DNA of 64,000 nucleotides, from positions 288,001 through 352,000 of the forward strand of contig JBFWWG010000001.1 in NCBI GenBank assembly GCA_050246315.1, given 5' to 3'. Made by a program: the position numbers and the translations under genes. Below, piece after piece: positions 1-8,666 of this stretch (position 1 is the stretch's first letter; each line of letters starts with the position of its first letter). The notes under the pieces were generated by a model, which was not told where the DNA came from, ran no database searches, and saw only the letters and a program-made list of their open reading frames with translations. The stretch comes from Nitrospiraceae bacterium (GTDB lineage: Bacteria > Nitrospirota > Nitrospiria > Nitrospirales > Nitrospiraceae).

Positions 1-188
1 AGACGCTTCGTCGCCGCTCGCGCATAGAGTTCAGGCTTTTTCGTTTTCATTTGCTTCAAAGCGGCAGAGACTGCTTGGGCTTCGCCGTACGGTCCGATGC
101 CTGGATGGAATTCCTTGTGGGGCGTACGCGTGCTATCGACAGCAACTAGCCCATCGGCAAAATCAGCGACCAACTCGACCAATGTCAT
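1..188 (-). CDS. hypothetical protein, 5' part (runs off the window edge)
   Basis: Open frame from ATG at 188: MTLVELVADFADGLVAVDSTRTPHKEFHPGIGPYGEAQAV..., no stop before position 1; protein-like composition. Confidence 0.5.
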   Translation of the reverse strand, partial: MTLVELVADFADGLVAVDSTRTPHKEFHPGIGPYGEAQAVSAALKQMKTKKPELYARAATKR

Positions 189-404
189 TTCATGACGGCC
201 AGCTGTAGGCGAGCCGCCGAGGCACTGCGCCTTCTGGCGGCCTAATCTCGTGTGGTCCTCGGTCAGAACCCCTCAAAAATCTGCCGGATTGTCTGAGAAA
301 CACAAGAAGGTGTCAACGTGGTCCTTGCTGGAGAACCCCGCCACTACGGCGGCCTATCGGGGGTTGTAGCAGAAATCCCCTCGGACCCCGGTGACCGTGC
401 GTTT

Positions 405-652
405 CGGCTTCGCTCACCACAGGCGGCTCGACGGGCTCACCACAGGCGGTTCGACCGGCTCACCACAGGCTTCGACAAGCCTGTCCTGAGCCAGTCGAAG
501 GGCCTGTCCTGGGAAAACCAACCGTCTCCTTCGAGAGCCTCAGGACGAACGGTTGGTTTATCGAAGGGCTCAGCACGACTGGAGAAACATCCTGGTTTCA
601 TGGACAGATCCGTTCGCCCTGAGCCCGTCGAAGGGCTCACCACGAACGAGTT
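405..652. repeat. cluster of REP-like palindromic units (TTCGA..GCTCA family) with three tandem GCTCACCACAGGC copies
   Basis: ~23-bp tandem units at ~412-470; CCTTCGAGAGCCTCAGGACGAACGG (528-552) pairs imperfectly with CCGTTCGCCCTGAGCCCGTCGAAGG (~610-634). Confidence 0.7.
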
Positions 653-666
653 TCTGGAACAGGACG

Positions 667-1809
667 CTAATCCAGCGTCTGCCTGTACCGTTTCACGCCG
701 ATCATCAGGGCGACCGCAGCGAAGAGCGCAATCTGCCAAAGTTGAAGCGAGACCTCCTCGATGCCGTTGCCCTTTAAGAGAATCCCCCGCACGATGCGCA
801 GAAAGTGCGTGAGCGGGAACACTTCACCCAGGGCCTGCGCCCACTGCGGCATGCCGCGGAACGGGAACATGAAGCCGGACAGCAAGAGTGACGGCAGGAA
901 GAAAAAGAAGGTCATCTGCACCGCCTGGAGTTGGTTCTGCGCCAACGTGGAAAAGGTGATGCCCACCGCCAAGTTGGCGGCGATGAACACCAGGGTCACG
1001 GCGAGCAGCAGCAAAATGTTCCCGACCATCGGCACGTGGAAGAGAAAGGAGGCGGCCAGGAGGATCAACCCGACCTGCACGTAGCCGACGACAATGTAGG
1101 GGAGGATCTTGCCGCTCATGACCTCGAAGGGGCGGGTGGGCATCGAAAGCAGATTCTCCATAGTGCCGCGCTCGCGTTCGCGCGTAATAGCCAGGCCGGT
1201 GATCATGATCATGGTCATCGTGAGGACGACACCCATCAGGCCCGGCACGATGTTGTAATGGGTGATGGCTTCCGGGTTGTACCGCGGATGGATGCGCAGG
1301 TCGATCGCGCCGTCGTCCGCGGCGAGAAAGGCGAGGGGCCCCTTGAAGTCTTCCCGCAGCGCGGTGTTTATCACCGTGCGAAGAGACCCCATCGCGTTGC
1401 TCGTGGCGGCAGGGTCGGTCGCATCGGCTTCAAGCAGCACGGCGGGTCTATCACCACGAAGCAGGTCTCGCGTGAAATTCTCAGGAATGTTGACGACGAA
1501 CTGGACCTCGCCTCGCGCCAGCGCCTCCTGCGCTTCGGCTTCGGTCTGCACCTGACGGACGAATTCGAAATAGCCGCTGTTCCGGATTCCATAAAGCAAC
1601 GAACGGCCTTGCGGTCCCTGATCGGCGAGAAGCACGGCGGTGGGCAACTGCTTCGGGTCGGAATTGATCGCAAACCCGAACAGCGTGAGCTGGATCAGCG
1701 GCACCCCGACCATCATCCCGAACGTCAGGCGGTCCCGTCGCATCTGGATGAACTCCTTCACCACGATCGCCCAAAACCGCGCAGGAGAGAATTCGTATCG
1801 CTTCCTCAT
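667..1809 (-). CDS. ABC-2 type transporter permease (YbhR/YbhS-like)
   Basis: KEFIQMRRDR start, RERERGTMENLL motif, LLSGFMFPFRGMP, multiple TM helices. Confidence 0.92.
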   Translation of the reverse strand: MRKRYEFSPARFWAIVVKEFIQMRRDRLTFGMMVGVPLIQLTLFGFAINSDPKQLPTAVLLADQGPQGRSLLYGIRNSGYFEFVRQVQTEAEAQEALARGEVQFVVNIPENFTRDLLRGDRPAVLLEADATDPAATSNAMGSLRTVINTALREDFKGPLAFLAADDGAIDLRIHPRYNPEAITHYNIVPGLMGVVLTMTMIMITGLAITRERERGTMENLLSMPTRPFEVMSGKILPYIVVGYVQVGLILLAASFLFHVPMVGNILLLLAVTLVFIAANLAVGITFSTLAQNQLQAVQMTFFFFLPSLLLSGFMFPFRGMPQWAQALGEVFPLTHFLRIVRGILLKGNGIEEVSLQLWQIALFAAVALMIGVKRYRQTLD

Positions 1810-2744
1810 CCCGAAACCTTCTCCGAGACCCGTTCCGGCGCATTGTCCATCAGATGAATGAACACGTCCTCCAACCCCGTTTCAATCCGCCGCCATTCAT
1901 AGGGCGTGGTTCGAAACGGCGCAATGGCCTGGTCGAGTGCCGCCGCGTCGTCTCCGCTGACGTGGAGCATGGTGCCGAACGCCACGGCCTGTTGGACGCC
2001 CGGCGCTTCCCTGAGTCGCTGCGCCAGTTCGAGCAGATCAGGTCCGCCGACCGACCAGGTCGTGAGGCGCGAGTGCTCGATCACTTCCGCGACCGTGCCA
2101 TGGGTGAGCAGCTTGCCGGTGGTGATATAGGCCAGTCGATGGCATCGTTCGGCCTCATCCATGTAGTGCGTGGTGATCAGAAACGTCAGTCCTTGCGCGG
2201 CCAGCTCATGGATCTGCTCCCAGAATTCGCGGCGTGCCTTGGGATCGACCCCGGCGGTCGGCTCGTCGAGGAGAAGCAACTTGGGGTCGTGAATCATACA
2301 GGCCGCGAGGGCGAGGCGCTGTTTCCATCCGCCGGATAACTGGCCCGCCAATTGCTGTTTCCGCGCGGACAGGCCGAGCCGGTCTAGGCTGGCACGGACC
2401 GCATCACGGCGGTTCGGAACCGCATACATCCGGGCCACGAAATCCAGATTTTCCGCGATGCTCAAGTCCTCGTAGAAACTGAACCGTTGTGTCATGTAGC
2501 CGACCTGGCGTTTGATGGTCTCGCTCTCGGTAATGACATTGTGACCCAGGCAGGTGCCGCGGCCTTCGTCCGGGCGGAGGAGCCCGCAGAGCATGCGAAT
2601 GAACGTCGTCTTCCCGCTCCCGTTCGGGCCGAGAAACCCGCAGATTTCGCCCCGGCGAACATCCAGATCGATATGGTCCACGGCCGTCAACGCACCGAAC
2701 CGCTTCGTCATCCCGCGCACGCTGATAGCCAGGTCGTTCGTCAT
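1806..2744 (-). CDS. ABC transporter ATP-binding protein
   Basis: Walker A GPNGSGKT, signature LSGGWKQR, Walker B LLLLDEP; 4-bp overlap with permease. Confidence 0.95.
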   Translation of the reverse strand: MTNDLAISVRGMTKRFGALTAVDHIDLDVRRGEICGFLGPNGSGKTTFIRMLCGLLRPDEGRGTCLGHNVITESETIKRQVGYMTQRFSFYEDLSIAENLDFVARMYAVPNRRDAVRASLDRLGLSARKQQLAGQLSGGWKQRLALAACMIHDPKLLLLDEPTAGVDPKARREFWEQIHELAAQGLTFLITTHYMDEAERCHRLAYITTGKLLTHGTVAEVIEHSRLTTWSVGGPDLLELAQRLREAPGVQQAVAFGTMLHVSGDDAAALDQAIAPFRTTPYEWRRIETGLEDVFIHLMDNAPERVSEKVSG

Positions 2745-2916
2745 GGTCGGCGTCCTTCACGCTCAGGCGCAGGGATATTTCTGACGCGTCACGCGTCACG
2801 CGTATCGGAGCGAGTCATCGCATCGTGTCCCCGTCCTCACTCCTCGATTGGCGGATGACGTTTGACGCATGACGACGGTTCAAAGCGTCGCGATCACCAG
2901 CCAAGAGGGTACTCGG

Positions 2917-3927
2917 CTAGCGGGCTTCTTCAACATGCTGCGTGATTCCAACACGCACATCCACCGGCTGGCCCGGATGCAGATTGGCCGCGACCTGTGG
3001 CTCGAACGTCGCTTCGATCATGAACACCAGCTTGTCCCGACTCTCCCGGCTATAGATGACCGGCGGGGTGTACTCGACTCGCGGCGAAATAAAGCTCACG
3101 GTGCCGACAAACGGCTGGGCCACGCTGTCCATGCTGACCGCCACCTGCTCGCCGAGATGAATTGTTCCGATCCTGGCCTGCGGCACAAACGCGCGAACCT
3201 TGACGTTTTGCGGCGGCAGCAACGCAACGACCGGCCGGCCCGCCGCCACCCATTCGCCTTCGCGATACAGCGTGTCGAACACCAGCCCTCCCTTCGGCGC
3301 GCTTTGCCGCTTCTGCGAGAGATCCCATTCCGCCTTGGCCAGCGCCGCTTCCCGCGCCCGGACTTCGGCTTCTGCCGCGATAACCTGATCGCTGCGCGAG
3401 CCGAGCTGTGCCGTCGTCAGGTCGGCTTCGAGTTGCGCCACCCGCTGCCGTTGCTGGTCTCGTCCGGCACGGGCCCGGTCGAACTCCAGCTCCGCCGTCG
3501 CACCTGGCACGCTCATCAACGCTTCGTGCCGCGCGAACTCGCTCTCTGCCAGTTTCAGCGCCGCCCGCGCTTGCTTGAGCTGCGCCTTGACGGCTTCAAT
3601 CTCCGTCGGCCGCTTGCCCTTCCTGACATCCGCCAGCGTCGCCCGAGCCTGCGCGAGCCTCCGCTCCGCCTCGTCTCTACCGGCCTGTTCCGCCGCGCTG
3701 TCCAGTGCAAACAACGGATCGCCTTCCTTCACCTGTGTCCCGCGTCGGACCGACAAGGATTCCAGCGCGCCCGGGAGCGGCGAGGCCACATAGACATACT
3801 CGCCTTCGACATACCCCTGGACCAGGTTGGGGTCCGAGTTGGTGCACCCGGCCGCAACCGCCATCCATGCCAGCGGAACCACCATGCCACGGACGATGCG
3901 CCGAAATAATGGATCACGACCGGTCAT
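2917..3927 (-). CDS. HlyD-family periplasmic adaptor (YbhG-like), probable lipoprotein
   Basis: AAGC lipobox-like, GYVEGEYVYVASP, coiled-coil hairpin, EYTPPVIYS, LHPGQPVDV. Confidence 0.9.
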   Translation of the reverse strand: MTGRDPLFRRIVRGMVVPLAWMAVAAGCTNSDPNLVQGYVEGEYVYVASPLPGALESLSVRRGTQVKEGDPLFALDSAAEQAGRDEAERRLAQARATLADVRKGKRPTEIEAVKAQLKQARAALKLAESEFARHEALMSVPGATAELEFDRARAGRDQQRQRVAQLEADLTTAQLGSRSDQVIAAEAEVRAREAALAKAEWDLSQKRQSAPKGGLVFDTLYREGEWVAAGRPVVALLPPQNVKVRAFVPQARIGTIHLGEQVAVSMDSVAQPFVGTVSFISPRVEYTPPVIYSRESRDKLVFMIEATFEPQVAANLHPGQPVDVRVGITQHVEEAR

Positions 3928-4546
3928 GACTTGACCTTCCCGTCTCGGTCATCACGCCTTCCAGGACGACCTTCATGATGGCGGCATAGCCGGTCTTCGG
4001 GCTGAGCGCGAGTTCGGCCATCTTCGGGGGATTCATGACGGCCTGCACGGCGCCGAGCAGAATCTCCATGATCAGGGTGGCCGGGATGTCCTTTCTGATC
4101 ATGCCGGCCCTGCGCCCTTCGCCGAGGATCTTGCCGAAATGGCGTTGAATCACGTCCCGCCGCCGAGTTTCCACGATCTTGAACAACTCCGGCGACTCCC
4201 GGCGCATGTCGCGTACAAACGGCGGTTGAATCTCTTCCGTGTGATGCTGCATGCAGGCCAAAAGCCGGTGCAGGGCATTGAGGACGTCGGAGGAGCAGGC
4301 GGCCGTGATCCCGTCGAGATCCGCCTCGACGCTCCGGAACTTGTCCAAGAGCACGGCCTCCAGGAGCGCGACTTTGCTCGGGAAGCAGGCGTACAGCGTT
4401 TTTTTACTCATGCCGAGCTCCGCCGCGAGATCGTCCATCGTGACGTGGCGAAACCCATGGCGCATGAATTGATGCCGGGCGGCCGTGACCACGCGTTGGG
4501 TGACGGACAGACCGGACGACACGATGGAGGCTCGGTGGGATCGCAT
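3914..4546 (-). CDS. TetR/AcrR family transcriptional regulator
   Basis: HTH GFRHVTMDDLAAELGMSKKTLYACFPSK; start placed at ATG 4546 just below a predicted promoter. Confidence 0.9.
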   Translation of the reverse strand: MRSHRASIVSSGLSVTQRVVTAARHQFMRHGFRHVTMDDLAAELGMSKKTLYACFPSKVALLEAVLLDKFRSVEADLDGITAACSSDVLNALHRLLACMQHHTEEIQPPFVRDMRRESPELFKIVETRRRDVIQRHFGKILGEGRRAGMIRKDIPATLIMEILLGAVQAVMNPPKMAELALSPKTGYAAIMKVVLEGVMTETGRSSHDRS

Positions 4547-4559
4547 AGCCGACAGGCTA

Positions 4560-4594
4560 ATCCTAAGGAAACTCAAATCGTATTGCAAGTTTCC
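4560..4594 (-). promoter_or_regulatory. sigma70 promoter overlapped by a palindromic TetR operator
   Basis: Minus strand TTGCAA-17nt-TAGGAT; inverted repeat GGAAACT(4567-4573)-N14-AGTTTCC(4588-4594). Confidence 0.65.
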
Positions 4595-4748
4595 ATTTAG
4601 CGCGCGAGGCCACGTGGGGTATCGCAGGGCCGCGCATCCCATCATGAGGACATCTTCATGGTCCCTTCATCGCCTTCTCATCTTCCGACCGTACAGTCCT
4701 TCCAAGAACTGACACGGTCGGGAACTGGACGCTCGAAGGGAGGAACCC

Positions 4749-5690
4749 ATGGCACGAGGGCACTTGTGGTCGATTGTGTTGGCGGGAGGAGACGGAGTTC
4801 GGGCGAGGGCCTTCATTCGTCAGTGGCTGGGATCGGCTAGCCCGAAACAGTACTGCGCCTTCGTCGGGACCCGCTCCATGTTCCAACACACGCTCGACCG
4901 TGCGGCCCTCCTCACGCCTTGGGAGCGTATCGTCGTGGTGGCCGCACGGCACCATCAGCCGGAGGTGTGGCATCAGCTCCACCGGAGGCCCGCAGGCCTG
5001 GTGCTCTTGCAGCCCGAGAATCGAGACACGGCGGCCGGAGTGTTTCTTCCGCTGACCTATATCCTCGCGCGCGATCCCGGCGCGAGCGTCGTGGTCTATC
5101 CATCGGATCACTTCATCTATCCGGAAGACCGGTTTGTCTCGGCGGTGGACCATGCAGTGCGGGGAAGCAACCTGCTGGGGGGACGGCCCGTCCTCCTGGC
5201 CGCAAGGCCGGATTTCCCTGAATTGGAGTACGGATGGATTCATCCCGGCCGGTTTCTCGGCTGGACGGGCGATGCCCCCGTCTTGGCGGTGGACAGCTTC
5301 ATCGAGAAACCGGAGGCGGCGGCCGCACGACTAGCCAAAGATCGCGGCGGTCTGTGGAATACGATGGTCCTGGCGGCGGGAGGCAAGCAGCTCTGGGATC
5401 TCGGGCTGGACTGCGTCCCGGAGATGATGGCCCTCTTCGACCGGTTGAGACGCGCCATCGATACGACGGACGAGCCGAAGGTCCTCTCTGCGATCTATGA
5501 CACCATGCCGCGGAGGAGCTTCTCATCGCATCTGCTGCAGCGCAGGCCGGACCGGCTGGGGGTCATGGAGATGCGCGAGGTTCTGTGGAGCGACTGGGGG
5601 AACCCTGCGCGAATCACGGAGACCCTCGACAGGATCGGGAAGCAACCGGCTTTCGCGGAGGAAACGCGCGAACTGCTTCCCACGGGGTGA
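4749..5690 (+). CDS. sugar-phosphate nucleotidyltransferase (mannose-1-phosphate guanylyltransferase-like)
   Basis: IVLAGGDGVR, PKQY, QPENRDTA, YPSDH, FIEKP, WNT, WSDWG; RBS GGAGG. Confidence 0.85.
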   Translation: MARGHLWSIVLAGGDGVRARAFIRQWLGSASPKQYCAFVGTRSMFQHTLDRAALLTPWERIVVVAARHHQPEVWHQLHRRPAGLVLLQPENRDTAAGVFLPLTYILARDPGASVVVYPSDHFIYPEDRFVSAVDHAVRGSNLLGGRPVLLAARPDFPELEYGWIHPGRFLGWTGDAPVLAVDSFIEKPEAAAARLAKDRGGLWNTMVLAAGGKQLWDLGLDCVPEMMALFDRLRRAIDTTDEPKVLSAIYDTMPRRSFSSHLLQRRPDRLGVMEMREVLWSDWGNPARITETLDRIGKQPAFAEETRELLPTG

Positions 5691-5794
5691 GGCACGCGAG
5701 AGAAGGCATTGCCGGGGAGCGGGCTGCGGTCAGAGACCGGCCACCTCACCCGGCTTGGACATTGAGGAATCGGACTTTCAAGAAGGAGGCAGTG

Positions 5795-6454
5795 ATGACG
5801 ATGGCGACGCTCCCTTATCAAGCGAAAACCTTCAATCTCAGCGGCCTCACCGGCATTTCTGACCGGACCGTCGAGCTGCATCTTTCGCTCTATCACGGGT
5901 ACGTTCGTGAGGCCAATCGCCTCAGCGAACGGATTCGCACCTTTCTGGCGGATGGGCCCGTCGATCAGGACGATATGCCGTTGTTTTCCGAACTGACCCG
6001 CCGGCTGGGGTTCGAATACAACGGTATGGTCCTGCACGAATATTATTTCGGCAACCTCATCCGGCACGGAGCAGGCGATCCCGGCCGTTCGTCATTGTTC
6101 ACGCGAGCGGCCGAGGGCAGCTTCGGGTCATACGACGTCTGGAAAACGGATTTTGTGGCCACGGCGTCGATGCGGGGGATCGGGTGGACCATCTGCTATT
6201 ACGATCCGATGACGGGTCGGTTGTCGAACCACTGGATCAGCTCGCATGAAGTTGGCGTCGTCGCCGGCTTCGTGCCGTTGCTCGTGCTCGATCTGTGGGA
6301 ACATGCGTACCTGCTCGACTACGCACCATCGGAACGGCAAACCTATGTTGAGGCCTTCTTCTCCAACATTCGTTGGGAGGCTGTGGACGAACGATTGAAC
6401 GAATGCGCAAGAACGCGCATGGAGCGGGTGCGACAAGAACTCTACGGGCCGTGA
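5795..6454 (+). CDS. Fe/Mn superoxide dismutase family protein
   Basis: LHLSLYHGYV, NGMVLHEYYF, DLWEHAY metal-ligand motifs; RBS AAGGAGG before start. Confidence 0.88.
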   Translation: MTMATLPYQAKTFNLSGLTGISDRTVELHLSLYHGYVREANRLSERIRTFLADGPVDQDDMPLFSELTRRLGFEYNGMVLHEYYFGNLIRHGAGDPGRSSLFTRAAEGSFGSYDVWKTDFVATASMRGIGWTICYYDPMTGRLSNHWISSHEVGVVAGFVPLLVLDLWEHAYLLDYAPSERQTYVEAFFSNIRWEAVDERLNECARTRMERVRQELYGP

Positions 6455-6519
6455 CCGATCACGTTGGCGATCCATTGCCCAGCCTGGGAAGACCACCAAT
6501 GGAGGAAGGAGGCATTCGG

Positions 6520-6711
6520 ATGTCCGCGGCATTCGCGATTGTGTTGATATCGATGATCTTCGGCTGGGCTGTAGTCCTACGGGCGGCCTATCTTGACGAT
6601 CGGCCCGCTCCGCCTCCACGTGCCGGTGGAAAGAGGTCTTCGGTAACGTATGCGGGTATCCAATCCATCATCGGCAATTCCGGGCTGGCCGGCGCCCGTG
6701 GGGGTTCGTGA
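6520..6711 (+). CDS. small membrane protein (63 aa)
   Basis: RBS AAGGAGG then MSAAFAIVLISMIFGWAVVL hydrophobic segment. Confidence 0.45.
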   Translation: MSAAFAIVLISMIFGWAVVLRAAYLDDRPAPPPRAGGKRSSVTYAGIQSIIGNSGLAGARGGS

Positions 6712-6980
6712 GGGATCAGCCTTCTCTGCCCAGAAACCGGGGCACCCATGGCTCCATGGCATGCGATGCATCGAGACCACCGGACCCGTCGCCCTGCAGG
6801 CGACGGAATGCGCCGCGCGAGGTCGCCGCTGCCGATTCGGCGTTGCATTCATTATCGAATCGAGTAAGAATCACGCTCGAAGCACCGGGGAGCCATTTCC
6901 GCGATAGCGGGGAGTGTGCTTGCCGGGTCTGAGCCTGATGGTTCAACTGTTTCTGGAGAAGCAACACAAAGGAGGGCGGC

Positions 6981-7460
6981 ATGGCTGAAGCGAGGATCAG
7001 CGTCACGTTTGAGAAGGACCACGAGCGGCTGGATGCCCTGTTTCTCTCATTCCAGGAACAGAAGCGAACGGATTTCGCAAAGGCCAAGGACGCGTTCGTC
7101 GCATTCAAATTCGGCCTCCAGCGTCACATCGTGTGGGAGGAGGACATCCTTTTTCCGAAATGGGAAGAAAACGCGGGGATGGCGGAGGGCGGGCCGACGG
7201 CAGTGATGCGGACGGAACATCGGTTGATCGGCGATTGTCTGGAGGCCATCCATCAGAAAGTCCAGGAGCAGAATCCGGACAGCGACCGGGAGGAGCAGCG
7301 ATTGTTGGAATTGCTGAAGTCGCACAACATGAAAGAAGAACGCATTCTCTACCCCTCGATGGACCAGGTGATCAGCGAGGCGGAGTTGGCCGACATCTAC
7401 CAAGCCATGAAGGACCTTCCGGAGGAGCGATATCGTGTCTGTTGCGGGAGCGACAGGTAA
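6981..7460 (+). CDS. hemerythrin/HHE cation-binding domain protein
   Basis: DHERLD, RHIVWEEDILFP, EHR, HNMKEERILYP motifs; RBS AGGAGG. Confidence 0.9.
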   Translation: MAEARISVTFEKDHERLDALFLSFQEQKRTDFAKAKDAFVAFKFGLQRHIVWEEDILFPKWEENAGMAEGGPTAVMRTEHRLIGDCLEAIHQKVQEQNPDSDREEQRLLELLKSHNMKEERILYPSMDQVISEAELADIYQAMKDLPEERYRVCCGSDR

Positions 7461-7602
7461 CGGAACCCTCCCGACCGACGCTCAGCCCAGGGAGTTGCAC
7501 CCCTTGAATTTTCCTCCGCTACGACAAAGGAGGGCGGCGGCGCGCCGCAATACTCTGGCGAGATGACACTTGCTCGACTCAGCACCAAGAAAGAGGACCG
7601 AG

Positions 7603-8331
7603 CTACAGAAAAAAGTCCTCACCTTTTGGTCGTAGCTCCAACTCGAAGGTCCAGGCCTCTGGCTTTTGCCTGGTCAACGTCCAATACATCTCGGCCATTT
7701 CCGCGGGATTCAGCATCGGCTCACCGATGGCACCAGGCATCTGCGCTCTCACCGCCTCCGTGTCGATGACACCATCGACGACAATGTGTGCAACATGGAT
7801 CCCCTGCGGCCACAATTCCCGCGCAAGGGAATCGGCCAGCCCTCGAACCGCGAACTTGGCACTGCTGAAGGCGGGCGCTCCCTTGCGCCCCCGGATCGAA
7901 GAAGTTGCGCCTGTAAATAGAATGCTGCCGCCTCCACGGACAAGCATGTCGGGGACAGTCTGCTTGCAGCATAGAAACGCCGCCAACGCGCAACTTTCCC
8001 ACGTCGATCTGAAGCTCTCCGCCGTCAATTCACTGAACCCACCCCAAACCCCACTACCCACATGATTGATCAGGACGGAGGCTGGCCCAAGCTCACTCCG
8101 CACCTGGACAAACGCCCGAGCCACGGCGTCGGCATCCGTCAGATCTGTCGGCACAGGGAGCGCTCGCACTCCAGACCGTCGCAGTTCCTCCGCTAGAGTA
8201 CGAAGAAAATCCGCGGAGCGGGCCAGCAGCGCGACTGCACAGCCTTCGCGGCCAAACTTGCGGGCTAAGGCCGCGCCCAATCCGGATCCCACGCCCGCAA
8301 TGAGGGCAATCTCTTGCTTCGGTGCGCTCAT
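7603..8331 (-). CDS. short-chain dehydrogenase/reductase
   Basis: GVGSGLG Rossmann motif, FTGATSS, FSSAKF, ARELWPQGIHVAH. Confidence 0.9.
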   Translation of the reverse strand: MSAPKQEIALIAGVGSGLGAALARKFGREGCAVALLARSADFLRTLAEELRRSGVRALPVPTDLTDADAVARAFVQVRSELGPASVLINHVGSGVWGGFSELTAESFRSTWESCALAAFLCCKQTVPDMLVRGGGSILFTGATSSIRGRKGAPAFSSAKFAVRGLADSLARELWPQGIHVAHIVVDGVIDTEAVRAQMPGAIGEPMLNPAEMAEMYWTLTRQKPEAWTFELELRPKGEDFFL

Positions 8332-8666
8332 GATACTGTGCCTGAACCTTTCTCCCTACTTCCCGGCCTGCATTGCAGAATGGCCCGTAGAGGGACTCTG
8401 TGGCTCTCGCTATTATCCCGCGCTATCCTGCGATGGCCAATCTACATTGTTCCTGACGCGATTGGCGAGCGAGGCGTTGTCTGTTTTCAGCAGCAACATC
8501 ACCTTCTTATGCATTGGGACTTCCACCCCGCGAACCGTCTGGTGTTCGTTCCGCTTGCCTTCGTGGTCATCTTGAACATACGATTTCGTGACATATTCCA
8601 TCGCATGCCGCCTGTGCAACGCCTCCGACTGCGGCTTGTGTCGCGTCCACGAATGGGGAAGCACCT

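Noticed and set aside
200..250. attC-like integron site before the edge ORF
   Set aside because: No proper RYYYAAC/GTTRRRY pair or L-box structure could be identified
405..480. Possible mini-CRISPR array (3 repeats)
   Set aside because: Units are ~23-bp tandem copies with near-identical linkers; no unique spacers, leader or cas genes
318..812. ORFs 318-812(+) and 437-739(-)
   Set aside because: Translations of the palindromic repeats (PFDKP, PEALEG, PEPVEG); no gene-like features
8413..8664. 83-aa minus-strand ORF between the SDR and the sigma-54 activator
   Set aside because: Occupies the divergent promoter region, with no RBS or motif support
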